In this document: piece after piece, positions 21,152 to 30,926 of the stretch
Numbering within the stretch: the stretch's first letter is position 1
Layout of the letters: each line of letters begins with the position of its first letter
Source: Oligoflexia bacterium
GTDB lineage: Bacteria > Bdellovibrionota > UBA1018
NCBI GenBank assembly: GCA_014376785.1
Contig: JACMQW010000064.1
Location: forward strand, 14,966-78,965
DNA: 64,000 bases
Reading direction: 5' to 3'
The notes under the pieces: generated by a model
Database searches by the model: none
What the model was told of the DNA's origin: nothing
The model's input: only the letters and a program-made list of their open reading frames with translations
Position numbers and translations under genes: made by a program

Positions 21152-21859
21152 TTAATCTAGCGAGGGCTCCGAATACTCTCGTCCGAGTTCTCGGGCGAGT
21201 TCTCGCAGGTAAACGCGCATGAATTCCACTCGCTTCGCGCCTTCTTCCCGGCCGGCACGGGTTCGAAGGGTCGTGGCGGTGCGGAAAAGCTTAATGAAAA
21301 AATGATCAGTCGTGTTTTCCAAGTCATCGAGCTGCCGTCCACGCGCACCGAATGGATCCTCAGGCTCATAGATTCTTCGGCGAAGCAGCCCCCCCACGGA
21401 GAAAACTCGCGCAATTCCGATGGCTCCGAGCCCGTCGAGGCGATCCGCGTCCTGCACGATGGCCGCTTCGATCGAATTCGCCTCTATTTTTGCAGAAAAA
21501 CTATGGGCTTCGATCGCATGACGAATCTCCGGCAAAAAAACTTCCGGATAGCCAATGGAGCGAAGGAAAGTATCTGCTTCTACTCCGGATAACCGAGAAG
21601 CCTGGGACCGACGGGGATCATTTTTCGGGACATTCACGAGGTCATGAAGCCACGCGGCCGGAATCACCACTTCAAGTTTTGCATTTTCGCTTAAAGCGAG
21701 TTGCCTGGCCGTGCTCACCACCCGTATAAAGTGGGCATGGTCGTGGGCGGGATCATTTCCTCCGCCGAAATGCGCCGCTTCTACGGCAGAAACTTCTCGA
21801 ATCTTTGCCTCGAATAGGGCTTCCCATTCGATTAGGCTCTTTTGTACGGGGGCTATCAT
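21152..21859 (-). CDS. HD-domain phosphohydrolase (YedJ-like)
   Basis: AHD..H..RV, AAWLHD, HSFS, QDADRLD.LGAIGIAR. Confidence 0.9.
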   Translation of the reverse strand: MIAPVQKSLIEWEALFEAKIREVSAVEAAHFGGGNDPAHDHAHFIRVVSTARQLALSENAKLEVVIPAAWLHDLVNVPKNDPRRSQASRLSGVEADTFLRSIGYPEVFLPEIRHAIEAHSFSAKIEANSIEAAIVQDADRLDGLGAIGIARVFSVGGLLRRRIYEPEDPFGARGRQLDDLENTTDHFFIKLFRTATTLRTRAGREEGAKRVEFMRVYLRELARELGREYSEPSLD

Positions 21860-21914
21860 TTTTTCACCTAAAGTCCGTTTGTCTCTGCGGAGTTCTTCGG
21901 TAAGAGTGGAGTCT

Positions 21915-22367
21915 GTGAAGAATCCTCGTCAATCCGAAATCGTCGCTTTTTTCTCTTTGCTCGCCTTATTCACCGGGATCATCGGTTCGGGGTGCGAACC
22001 GGAAGAGCTTTCCCGCCAGGCCGGCGGTAAATGCGAAGCTGGCTCCGCCCAAATCGCCATCTGGGATGGATTCTTACAAAGAGTCTGCGGCTGCGGCGGT
22101 ACGGATGGAGAAATCTTTACCCCCCCTACTCCGCTGACCTGCACCTTCAAACTAGGCCAAACCGTGGTCGTGAATTACCAAGGCCCCGTTCTTACCCATC
22201 AGATCATTCCGGTTGGTTCTCCCGGCATTCCCGAGGGGCCGCTTTACGACCCGAATTCAAGTAACCGCATCTACAGTCATGCGTTTACCCTCACCGCTAC
22301 GGGCAACTATCTGTTCAAAGACCAATTTAACAGTAATTTGACCGGAAGTTTTATCGTCACGCCTTAA
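21915..22367 (+). CDS. Putative lipoprotein with cupredoxin-like C-terminal fold
   Basis: GTG start, hydrophobic signal and GSGC lipobox-like site; GQTVV...HQI...F..TGNYLFKD....LTGSFIV strand pattern. Confidence 0.6.
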   Translation: MKNPRQSEIVAFFSLLALFTGIIGSGCEPEELSRQAGGKCEAGSAQIAIWDGFLQRVCGCGGTDGEIFTPPTPLTCTFKLGQTVVVNYQGPVLTHQIIPVGSPGIPEGPLYDPNSSNRIYSHAFTLTATGNYLFKDQFNSNLTGSFIVTP

Positions 22368-22398
22368 GTAAAAATCGAACCCGGCAAACGATTCCCGT

Positions 22399-22424
22399 TA
22401 AAGTCTCTTACCTTCCACCGATAA
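22399..22424 (+). promoter_or_regulatory. sigma28 (FliA)-like promoter candidate
   Basis: TAAAG-N13-ACCGATAA, spacing one shorter than the enterobacterial consensus. Confidence 0.45.
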
Positions 22425-22474
22425 GCCCTATGTCAGCAAAGACTGACTAACTCGGAACCATGGAGGGTATACGA

Positions 22475-22711
22475 ATGACCAAGAAAAACTCGATCAAGAT
22501 CCAGAACCTCAATAACAGCGAAGACCAAAATGCTTTGGTTGATGTCCTTTATCAAAAAATGGGCGATCGCTGGTATGCGTTCTCGATGGTTGGCGAAGAG
22601 GTCTTCGTAGGCTCTGTTTCCGAATCTGAAATCAACCAAGCCGCTTCCGAAGAAATGTCGATCGAGACGGTTCTCGTCGAAGCGCCCCATGCAATGAATG
22701 AAGTCGCCTAA
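22475..22711 (+). CDS. Small acidic hypothetical protein
   Basis: GGAGGG RBS before ATG 22475; core VLYQKMGDRWYAFS..GEEVFVGSV. Confidence 0.75.
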   Translation: MTKKNSIKIQNLNNSEDQNALVDVLYQKMGDRWYAFSMVGEEVFVGSVSESEINQAASEEMSIETVLVEAPHAMNEVA

Positions 22712-22928
22712 AAACCTAAAAAATTCACACCCAACGCCCAGCGATCTTCGTAATCAGGACCCAAAAGTCCTGCATGCGGAGATCGCTTTTTTACGTCAAA
22801 AAATCGCCGAAAAAATCGAAACCTCTCCGCACAAAGCCGCGGTCATCGTGGCCGACTTTCTTCAGCGTCCTTCCGCTGCAAGCAATCCAAAAGTCGCTCC
22901 TTCCACCCGAGTAAAAAAAGTGGGTTAA
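22698..22928 (+). CDS. Small basic hypothetical protein
   Basis: Overlaps the previous stop; helical core IAEKIETSPHKAAVIVADFL. Confidence 0.6.
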   Translation: MKSPKNLKNSHPTPSDLRNQDPKVLHAEIAFLRQKIAEKIETSPHKAAVIVADFLQRPSAASNPKVAPSTRVKKVG

Positions 22929-23027
22929 CTCCCTTTTCATTTTCCACTCGCCCCTGGTAGACTCGTAGCAGCAAGATGCTACCTGTACACTCCCGCTATT
23001 GAGGGATTGCACAGACACTCACCCAGG

Positions 23028-23321
23028 ATGGTTCCGATGTCTTTTCTCGCACGACTTTACAAACCCTTCGTTTTCACTTTTTTCTTTGTCGCCATGGCGG
23101 CATTCGCCACCACGGAAAAAGGCGAGTCCCCTTTTCAGGGAAATCGCCGTCCGGGAATTTTATTAGAGGCTACCGACCGCCCTAGCGGCGAAAATGCGGG
23201 AATCGTTGAAAGCATGGAACCCATTGCACCGAATGAACTTTTGGATCTTCTCAACGAAGAACCAAAAGTTTCCGTACTTTCTTCGGATGCCGAAAAAGCA
23301 CCGTCCGATTCCGTCGATTAG
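23028..23321 (+). CDS. Hypothetical exported protein
   Basis: Hydrophobic N-terminal stretch ending AAFA, acidic tail; start uncertain. Confidence 0.45.
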   Translation: MVPMSFLARLYKPFVFTFFFVAMAAFATTEKGESPFQGNRRPGILLEATDRPSGENAGIVESMEPIAPNELLDLLNEEPKVSVLSSDAEKAPSDSVD

Positions 23322-23812
23322 ACGAAAAATACGTTTACGTCGCCTTTGTCTTTTTGAGAGACGTTTCCATACGCTTTCAAAAATTTCACAAACGCTTGGT
23401 AGGCTTCGAAAGTGGACGTGCTTGGATCGACGGCACAACCGTAACGTGTGTAACGAGTGCCAGCTTGAACCGCAGGCCTCGTATTTTGCACGCTGACATG
23501 CACCTGCAAAAAAGACTCTTGGTTAAAATAGAGCCGGATCGGGAAATTCTTTTCGGTAATGGGCGACGGCTTGTCGGAATTCACCGGCACTTGAAATCCA
23601 AGACCTTCATCGGAAACATCGACGACTTCGATCTGGTGCATGGAATTATTTCCAGTCATGCAGTAGACGCCCAGGAACTGATTCATGAAGACTCGCTCGG
23701 TTTTTCGGCGCTTATCTTCGAGGCGCTGAGTGCGAACCTCATTTAAGTCGATCACTCGACTCGTTTCATTCGTGTTCTCATTCGTCGGACGATTCGTATT
23801 TTTTCCAGCCAT
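23318..23812 (-). CDS. PilZ-domain protein
   Basis: RRKTER and DVSDEG motifs (RxxxR, DxSxxG); GAAGGA RBS. Confidence 0.8.
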   Translation of the reverse strand: MAGKNTNRPTNENTNETSRVIDLNEVRTQRLEDKRRKTERVFMNQFLGVYCMTGNNSMHQIEVVDVSDEGLGFQVPVNSDKPSPITEKNFPIRLYFNQESFLQVHVSVQNTRPAVQAGTRYTRYGCAVDPSTSTFEAYQAFVKFLKAYGNVSQKDKGDVNVFFV

Positions 23813-24001
23813 GGTGCATTTTCCTTCCAGATTACTCATCGGAAAGGACTTCAGGGGGCTAAACGGTTCAAAATTGCCGTGTTTGTCGCCTCGAAAAAGA
23901 ATCGTTGCCAATTCATTGACATAAGCGAACCGATCCCTGGGTCCTCTCAGACCTATCGGATGGCCACCTGTGAAATGAAGGAAAAAGTGAGTGACTAAAT
24001 T

Positions 24002-24403
24002 TTACTCGCCAACCGAATCGAATTGGACGATTTCGGAAAGGCGATCCACCATATCAAGCACTGCGCAGAGGCCTTCGTGCTCAGGGGTGCCAGTTACCGT
24101 AAACTCTGCACCTACCCGGCGAATCACTTTAGAATCATCCACGCGCATCACCTTCACATGAAGGGGTAAGAAAAGGGTTTGATTCAAGTAGAACTGTAAA
24201 TCAAACGTCTCCCCAACTACGACCGGGAAGGCATCTTTCATTTCGCCGATGATATCGTAGTCAAAGCCTACCCCGGTATCGCTGAGATCAGCGACCCGCA
24301 AGCGATGGAATCCTTTTTTCGGAACAACGACGTAAAAAGAAAAAGATTCTAAGATCGGTCTTCGTTTGGAGCCGCGCCGATCAATTCCAGTTTTTTCAAC
24401 CAT
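24002..24403 (-). CDS. PilZ-domain protein
   Basis: RRGSKR and DLSDTG motifs, VGAEF; GGAGG RBS. Confidence 0.82.
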   Translation of the reverse strand: MVEKTGIDRRGSKRRPILESFSFYVVVPKKGFHRLRVADLSDTGVGFDYDIIGEMKDAFPVVVGETFDLQFYLNQTLFLPLHVKVMRVDDSKVIRRVGAEFTVTGTPEHEGLCAVLDMVDRLSEIVQFDSVGE

Positions 24404-25991
24404 TAGGTTTTCCTCCAGCGGATGGTGCGGGTGCGGACCTTCCCGCCTCCGGAGCGTTCGGCTCGGTGATAGTGACATGCCCAGGTAGTCCAGTTACCGC
24501 GTGGGCCGGTGAAGCCAGCCCTCGTTCAATCGCTGATTTCCAACGATTTTTCCGTAGTTCGAATTGGTTTCTCGAATCGACCACTTCGGGTTCTAACTGA
24601 GCCGCGTTCGCATTGGTTGTGAAAAGCTTTTCTTGTGCAGAGTGCAAATCAGAAAGAATTTTTTCCACAACGATAAACTCCGATACGAGGTTTCCGTGGA
24701 AATAGTTCTCTTTGGTCTGCTCAGCCGAAAGCCCGGCGTATTTTTGCATGATTTGGGCTTGGATCGGACGCCATGTTCGATTCATGTCATTCCAAGCCTG
24801 TTTTTGTTTTGGACCGATCGGCTGACGCTTCAATCGATCATAAGTGGAAATAGACACCAGCGCCTGGCTCTCTAGTGTAGCCGCAGCTTGGGAGAGCTCC
24901 ATCAGTTCACTCTTCGCTTTCGCCACCAGACCGTCGTGAAATTCCTTAAGACGCTGTTCGTAAGTCGCATCCTTCGTCCCAAAGAAAATGCGCTTCGTCA
25001 GCACGAGACGTCTTTCCTGAGGTAAATGATTCGGTAAAGTCCGAGCGATCGGCGCAAGCTGGAGCAGCTCTTTATAAACAAGGTCGGGTTGCCCGGAAGG
25101 AGCCTCCATCACGTAGATGTCATACTCGCCACGAGGAATGGGCTTTCCGTCCGGATACCGAAGTGCTGCCGACTTCCCGAGGTGCTTCAACATCTCGACA
25201 TCTAATTTTCCACTGAAGGAGAGGGTGTTTAAAATGCGGTGGCCTACCCCTTCGACGTAAATCTCAAAGCGCGCTCCATCGGGAAGATTAGATGCCACGT
25301 AAAACAAAGGAGAAAGTGGATCTGCTTTTGAAAGTGCGATCGAAACCTGAGGACCATTCGATAGGGGAGTTTTGACTGCTTTCCGCAGCTCCTCGTACTC
25401 TGGCGGAGCGACGTCTGGCAATTCCGGTAACGTCGACAAAAGCGAACCTAAGCGATTCTCGATTTCACGAAGCGCGCCTGCCTTTTGAAGCGCAACGATA
25501 CAAAAGAGAATGACAATGGCATACACTAGGGGCTTTAGCTTTTTCGGTATAAACGGAGTCTTCTCTATCGCTGCTCTTTCTGAAGGCCGAGAGGAAGTCG
25601 TGCTCTTCAGTTCCGCGGGACGGAGCATTTCAGCGCGCGTCGCGTCCTCCAAGTTTTTAATCTCGATGATCGACGTGAGGCCAGTGCTAGTCGGTTCCCG
25701 AGCTTCGAGCACCGGACCTGTCTCAACTGCCATTGGCGAATACGTTTCCAGAATCGGCGAAATGGGCGACGCCGTGACCGGAGTAAAGGTGGGTTCGGAT
25801 TGGACAGGTAACGGTGTTTCTCGGTTGAAATCCGGAAGGTCGGCCAAAGGGGCCCAGTCCTTCATTCCATCTGACCACACGAATGCTGTTCGGGAGAAAC
25901 GACCTGCGCCCAACCCTTCGGTGACTTCTTCGACCGAGAATGGACCTTCATGATGGTCCCCAACATAGATAAACCACTTTTTTTCAGACAT
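24396..25991 (-). CDS. GYF_2 (DUF4339) domain membrane-anchored protein
   Basis: WFIY....EGPFS....VWSDGMKDW N-terminal motif, Pro/Thr linker, one TM helix, large helical C-terminal region. Confidence 0.8.
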   Translation of the reverse strand: MSEKKWFIYVGDHHEGPFSVEEVTEGLGAGRFSRTAFVWSDGMKDWAPLADLPDFNRETPLPVQSEPTFTPVTASPISPILETYSPMAVETGPVLEAREPTSTGLTSIIEIKNLEDATRAEMLRPAELKSTTSSRPSERAAIEKTPFIPKKLKPLVYAIVILFCIVALQKAGALREIENRLGSLLSTLPELPDVAPPEYEELRKAVKTPLSNGPQVSIALSKADPLSPLFYVASNLPDGARFEIYVEGVGHRILNTLSFSGKLDVEMLKHLGKSAALRYPDGKPIPRGEYDIYVMEAPSGQPDLVYKELLQLAPIARTLPNHLPQERRLVLTKRIFFGTKDATYEQRLKEFHDGLVAKAKSELMELSQAAATLESQALVSISTYDRLKRQPIGPKQKQAWNDMNRTWRPIQAQIMQKYAGLSAEQTKENYFHGNLVSEFIVVEKILSDLHSAQEKLFTTNANAAQLEPEVVDSRNQFELRKNRWKSAIERGLASPAHAVTGLPGHVTITEPNAPEAGRSAPAPSAGGKPNG

Positions 25992-26068
25992 GCGGCGCGG
26001 TTTCCATCCCACTCGGGGGTTCTACTGACTCGAGCATTAGAGTAACCTTAATCCTAAGGGAATCATGC

Positions 26069-26932
26069 ATGGGATTCAAATGGAGCCTCGTTTCAATACC
26101 GGATCATTTAGGCGTAGAAAACGTGGGAGGGCGCATTGGCGCAGCCCTAGGTCCCCGCGCCTTTTGGGAAATCTTCCAAAAAATGGGCGGTCATCGTCCC
26201 GATGAACGGGCGATTCTCGGCAGCCTTACTCGCCATCATACGCTCGATCCTGTGAAAACGGATATCTCAGCGAATCATGATGCGGCGTCGGAACTGGTTG
26301 CTGAAGCGGCTCGCGAGGGAGGGCGTTCGATCGTCATCGGGGGTGGCCACGACCATGGATATTCGCACCTCTTGGGAATCCGGAAGTGGCTCGGTCCAGA
26401 AGCTCGCATCGGATGCGTCAATATTGACGCTCACCTTGATGTTCGAAAGCCCTCTCCCAAAATTTCAAGCGGATGTCCTTTCTACCTCGCGTTAGAAAAT
26501 CAAATTATTCAACCGAAAGACTTGATCGAATTCGGCATTCAAACCCACTGTAATTCTCCTGAGCTGTGGCAATATGCGCATGAACGTCAGATTCAGGTAA
26601 AACTCTGGAAGGACATGAGAAACGGGAAAGCTACGGAACTCTTTCGGGAAAGTTTGGAAAAACTAGAGCGTCAGGTGGACGCAATTGTGATTAGTCTGGA
26701 TCTGGATTCAACCGCTGAATCATTCGCTCCCGGTGTCTCTGCGCCTCAATCGGAAGGTTTTACTTCTACAGAGCTCGTCGAACTCTGTGAGATCGCAGGT
26801 GGGAATGAAAAAGTATTTTCTTTGGGAGTGTTCGAATTGAACCCTCTTCACGACGTCGGCGGACGGACCGCACGCTTAGCAGCTACGGCAGTTTTTCATT
26901 ATTTGGAGTCGGCTCGGGATATTCGAGTTTGA
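26069..26932 (+). CDS. hutG: Formimidoylglutamase (arginase family)
   Basis: GGRIGAALGP, GGGHD, NIDAHLD, SSG.PF, SLDLD, APGVSAP, ELNP. Confidence 0.85.
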   Translation: MGFKWSLVSIPDHLGVENVGGRIGAALGPRAFWEIFQKMGGHRPDERAILGSLTRHHTLDPVKTDISANHDAASELVAEAAREGGRSIVIGGGHDHGYSHLLGIRKWLGPEARIGCVNIDAHLDVRKPSPKISSGCPFYLALENQIIQPKDLIEFGIQTHCNSPELWQYAHERQIQVKLWKDMRNGKATELFRESLEKLERQVDAIVISLDLDSTAESFAPGVSAPQSEGFTSTELVELCEIAGGNEKVFSLGVFELNPLHDVGGRTARLAATAVFHYLESARDIRV

Positions 26933-27066
26933 ATTTATCTTCTTATCATCGTAATTAAACGAATTGAATGGGGATCCAGAATGGTGTTTCGTAGAGCTTG
27001 CGAGCGAGACCTGTCAACAATATGCTGAATAGCATGGTGCTGAGTGCCGGTGGAGTGGCAGAAATT

Positions 27067-27744
27067 ATGACTCATTTATGGGTGCTTGAAGACGACGAAG
27101 ACGCGATCATACTTTATCAAAAAATGTTTCAATCGGGATTCGAAGCAGAGTATTTCAAATCATTGAATGATCTGCGTTCTGCTATTACGGTGAATGGGCG
27201 AAGACCTGAGCTCCTGATCGCGGATTTGCACCTTCCGGATGGAGAGTTCACTACCCTCCTCGGCGGGGATTCCGCGGCACTCGATATGCCCTTTGCCGTC
27301 GTTTCCGCCTCGGACGACTACAAAATCCTTCAAGACTGCTTTAAGAAGGGCGCCCGCGACTTTTTCGTTAAACCAGTGAATCGGAACGAGATTCTTTTCA
27401 AGATCAACCGCATTTTAAACGAAAAAAGTCAGCCTGCCTCAGCCCTCTCAAAACCCCAGTTCAAAGACCTGACCTTAGACACATTCACCCAGACCGTCTC
27501 TCGGGAAAACAGTAAAAAAGTCATTCAGCTGACCCAAACTGAGTATAAAATTTTAGCCCTCTTTTTTAGAAATCCCGATCGTCGACTGAACCGTGAAGAA
27601 ATCATCGGCGAAGTCTGGAAGAGTGAAGCCCTCAGCCCAAAAGCATTCGATTTCCACTTATCGAAACTGCGAGAAAAACTAAGAGACCTCACGGTGAAAA
27701 TTAACTACCAAACGAACGAAGGCTACTGCCTCCTTCAAGAATAA
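27067..27744 (+). CDS. OmpR-family response regulator
   Basis: EDD, DLHLPDG, KP receiver motifs; LTQTEYKIL...HLSKLREKL winged helix; start approximate. Confidence 0.85.
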   Translation: MTHLWVLEDDEDAIILYQKMFQSGFEAEYFKSLNDLRSAITVNGRRPELLIADLHLPDGEFTTLLGGDSAALDMPFAVVSASDDYKILQDCFKKGARDFFVKPVNRNEILFKINRILNEKSQPASALSKPQFKDLTLDTFTQTVSRENSKKVIQLTQTEYKILALFFRNPDRRLNREEIIGEVWKSEALSPKAFDFHLSKLREKLRDLTVKINYQTNEGYCLLQE

Positions 27745-27787
27745 TAGAAATCGGCTCCAAGCTCACCTGGACACAAACGAGACTATA

Positions 27788-27820
27788 AAAACCCGGAATC
27801 TCGTCACGGTTCCGGGTTTT
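27788..27820 (+). terminator. Intrinsic terminator
   Basis: AAAACCCGGAA...TTCCGGGTTTT stem. Confidence 0.65.
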
Positions 27821-27857
27821 CCTTTTCGATCCACGCGAGAGCCGATATTTTTTAAGC

Positions 27858-29363
27858 ATGAAAACCTACCTGCTTGCGATTGACGAAGGCACCACCGGAA
27901 CGACCGCTGTCATCATGGACGAAGCCCTCCAGCTGATCGCGGAAGCCTCCATCGACTTTCCGCAGCACTTTCCCCAGCCGGGTTGGGTCGAACACGATCC
28001 GAATGAAATTTGGAAAGCGGTTTCAGAAAGTGTCAGCCAGGCATTAAAAAAAGCGGATTTGAAGGGAAGCGCGATCGCTGCCATAGGAATCACAAACCAG
28101 CGGGAGACCCTTGTATTCTGGGATAAATTAACCGGTAAGACCCTTTCGAATGCCATTGTTTGGCAAGACCGCCGGACTGCTGAACTTTGCGAATCCTTAA
28201 AAAGTCAGTCCCTTGAAAAAGTCTTTTCGAAAGCCACCGGCTTGCTTCTCGATCCTTATTTCTCTGGAACAAAGGCAGCCTGGGCACTGGCAAACTGGCC
28301 CAATGTGAAAAAAGCGGAAAAAGATGGCCGACTCGCGGTGGGCACGATTGATTCATATTTAATTTCGAAACTCACCGGGAATTCCCGTCACGTCACCGAG
28401 CCATCGAATGCGTCGCGAACCCTTGCCTTTCACCTCGAGAAGCGTGCGTTTGACCTTGGGCTCTGCGCTGCGCTCGGAGTACCTCTCTCGATTTGGCCCG
28501 AGGTCATTCCTTCGAATGGTGCCTTCGGTACGACAAAAGGACTGAATTTCTTACCTGACGGCATTCCGATTACCGGTGCTTTAGGTGATCAGCAGGCGGC
28601 GCTTCTCGGGCAAGCTTGCACCCGGCCAGGCCGAGCGAAATGCACTTATGGAACAGGAGCTTTCCTGCTTATGAACACAGGATCTACTCCCGTGTATTCG
28701 AAACACCGCCTGCTCACCACGATTGCCTGGGCTCTCGGTGACCTTAAGGATGATAAAAACATCACTTACGCCCTGGAAGGTTCTACTTTTGTCGCAGGTG
28801 CCGCGGTCCAGTGGTTCCGAGACGGGCTGGGGCTGATCGAAAAAGCGTCTGACATCGAAGCGCTGGCTGCCACTGTGGAAACAAGCGAAGGGGTTACGTT
28901 CGTCCCTGCCCTCACCGGGCTCGGGGCTCCGCACTGGAGTCCGGATTCTACGGGCCTTTTTACAGGCATCACTCGAGGAACGAAAAAAAGTCACATGGCT
29001 CGCGCGGTTCTAGAAGGAATCGCGTTTCAAATTTCCGATCTTCTCGCAGCAATGCAACAGGATATCGGAAGGCCGCTTGAAAGCCTCAACGTGGACGGGG
29101 GAGCGGCAGAAAATAATATGCTCATGCAGTTCCAGGCCGACATTCTCGGAGTAAAATTAAAACGACCCCGCTACATCGAAACGACTTCGCTCGGTGCGAT
29201 TTTCGCCGCGGGGCTCGGTGCGGGAGTATGGACCGATCTCGCGGAGGTAGAAAAAAGCTGGAAACTCGGTCGCGAATTCGTTCCGAATTTTTCTCCTACA
29301 GAAAGAGGAAACGAAATCAACCGATGGAGAAATGCCGTCGCACGCGCACTCCTGCGGCCTTAG
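27858..29363 (+). CDS. glpK: Glycerol kinase
   Basis: AIDEGTT, GWVEHDP, GITNQRET, WQDRRT, PYFSGTK, GDQQAA, TYGTG, VDGG. Confidence 0.95.
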   Translation: MKTYLLAIDEGTTGTTAVIMDEALQLIAEASIDFPQHFPQPGWVEHDPNEIWKAVSESVSQALKKADLKGSAIAAIGITNQRETLVFWDKLTGKTLSNAIVWQDRRTAELCESLKSQSLEKVFSKATGLLLDPYFSGTKAAWALANWPNVKKAEKDGRLAVGTIDSYLISKLTGNSRHVTEPSNASRTLAFHLEKRAFDLGLCAALGVPLSIWPEVIPSNGAFGTTKGLNFLPDGIPITGALGDQQAALLGQACTRPGRAKCTYGTGAFLLMNTGSTPVYSKHRLLTTIAWALGDLKDDKNITYALEGSTFVAGAAVQWFRDGLGLIEKASDIEALAATVETSEGVTFVPALTGLGAPHWSPDSTGLFTGITRGTKKSHMARAVLEGIAFQISDLLAAMQQDIGRPLESLNVDGGAAENNMLMQFQADILGVKLKRPRYIETTSLGAIFAAGLGAGVWTDLAEVEKSWKLGREFVPNFSPTERGNEINRWRNAVARALLRP

Positions 29364-30835
29364 GCGTCCGGGAAGAGCACGTCTGGCAACGTGAAGAAAA
29401 AAGTTGCCCCCTCGCCGACTTTTCCTTCCGCACGGATGGTTCCGCCGTGCCGATGAATAATGCGCCGAACGGTTGCGAGTCCTATCCCCGTCCCTTCAAA
29501 CTCCTTTTCTGAATGCAGACGCTGAAAGGCACCGAAAAGATTTTTAACCCGCTCCATATCAAAACCTGCTCCGTTATCTTTCACGAAATATTCTCTCTCT
29601 GTGCCCGCAAGGGTTACTCCGAATTCGACTCGGGAGTGGGGAACTTTTGCGGTGAATTTGCGTGCATTCCCGATGAGGTTCTCTAGGGCAATCGTAAGCA
29701 ACCCCGTATCTCCGTAAGCCGAAATTCCAGGTTCAACGAAAAAAGTGCCGTTCGAAGGATCAGATAATTCAAATCCCTGAAAAACCTCTGTCGCTAATTT
29801 ACTCAGATCCATTGCTTCAAAAGCCAAAGTCCCCCTCCCCAGCCGCGATAGAGAAAGCAAGTCTTCGATCAGTCGGTTCATTCTCTGAACCCCTGCTCGA
29901 ATAAAGTCGAGGTACTTCGCCCCCTGTGCATCCAGCACGGTGGCGTAGTCCTCTGCAATCGCTTGAGCAAACCCATCGATAGCGCGGAGCGGGGAGCGCA
30001 AGTCGTGGGAAACAGAGTAACAAAAAGCTTCCATCTCTTGATTAGCAGCAGTCAGGGCTAAAGTGCGGTGCTGCACTTTTACTTCCAATTCTTCATGAGA
30101 CCGCTGCAAATCAATTTGCGTGCGACGAAGTGCCCGCAAGTTAGTCATGAACGTGCGCGTGATACTCCTGATTTGTCGGAACGTGGAGAACATGATGATG
30201 ATACCCAATACGCCGGAAAGAGCGATCCCAATGCGCAAACTCCTGCGCACTGCCGCTTCGGTTTTCACTCTGCGCTCATTCCGAAGGGTTTCGGCGTCTC
30301 GAGTGATCCGATCAAAATTTACTCGGATTCTGTCCATTCGAATTTTGGCGGCGCGAGCACGCTCGGGAATGGGCTCGGGGGTTTTCAGTGATGCCTGCGA
30401 CAGTCGGTATTCAACCAGGTCTTCCCACTCTCGGGTGAGGATGTTGATTTCACTCACCCGGCCTCTGTCTCGCTCATCTTCCGCCACTAACCGAGCGAGC
30501 TCCTCTAAATTTTTACCAAGTTCGGCTTTTGCTTTCAGATATCGCTCAACAAATGCTTCATCTTTATAAATAAAGTATCCACGGATTCCGGTCTCCATAT
30601 CCAGGATGAGTTTCTGGGTCTCGAAAGCCTCTCGAAGCAAATTCTCGGTGTGCTCGACGTAGGAAGAGAGGCGAAGCAAGTGACTCGTCTGGAAGATGAA
30701 CGTCGCAGACAGAGCAAATAGCAGAACCACGGGAATCACTACAGCTCGCACCAGGGCCTGTCGAATGCTGTCCGAATGGATTCGTTCTGAATTCTTTCGT
30801 TCACTGAATGGAGTGGAATCTGGCATCCGTTTCAT
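29360..30835 (-). CDS. CHASE3 sensor histidine kinase
   Basis: Two TM helices flanking DMETGIRGY (CHASE3); SVSHDLRSPLR H-box; DNGAGF, FQRLH, GTGIGLA. Confidence 0.92.
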   Translation of the reverse strand: MKRMPDSTPFSERKNSERIHSDSIRQALVRAVVIPVVLLFALSATFIFQTSHLLRLSSYVEHTENLLREAFETQKLILDMETGIRGYFIYKDEAFVERYLKAKAELGKNLEELARLVAEDERDRGRVSEINILTREWEDLVEYRLSQASLKTPEPIPERARAAKIRMDRIRVNFDRITRDAETLRNERRVKTEAAVRRSLRIGIALSGVLGIIIMFSTFRQIRSITRTFMTNLRALRRTQIDLQRSHEELEVKVQHRTLALTAANQEMEAFCYSVSHDLRSPLRAIDGFAQAIAEDYATVLDAQGAKYLDFIRAGVQRMNRLIEDLLSLSRLGRGTLAFEAMDLSKLATEVFQGFELSDPSNGTFFVEPGISAYGDTGLLTIALENLIGNARKFTAKVPHSRVEFGVTLAGTEREYFVKDNGAGFDMERVKNLFGAFQRLHSEKEFEGTGIGLATVRRIIHRHGGTIRAEGKVGEGATFFFTLPDVLFPDA

Positions 30836-30926
30836 TAAACAGGATTTTGCCCTACGAAAATAGTGCCTCTTTTCTTAAGGTAAAGAATCATTTGAGTTTT
30901 GAAGCAATCAGACCGGTTGGGCTCGG

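Noticed and set aside
23830-23980. sigma28 promoters before the PilZ gene (minus-strand TCCGATGA, TCCGATAG)
   Set aside because: The -35 elements are poor or mis-spaced
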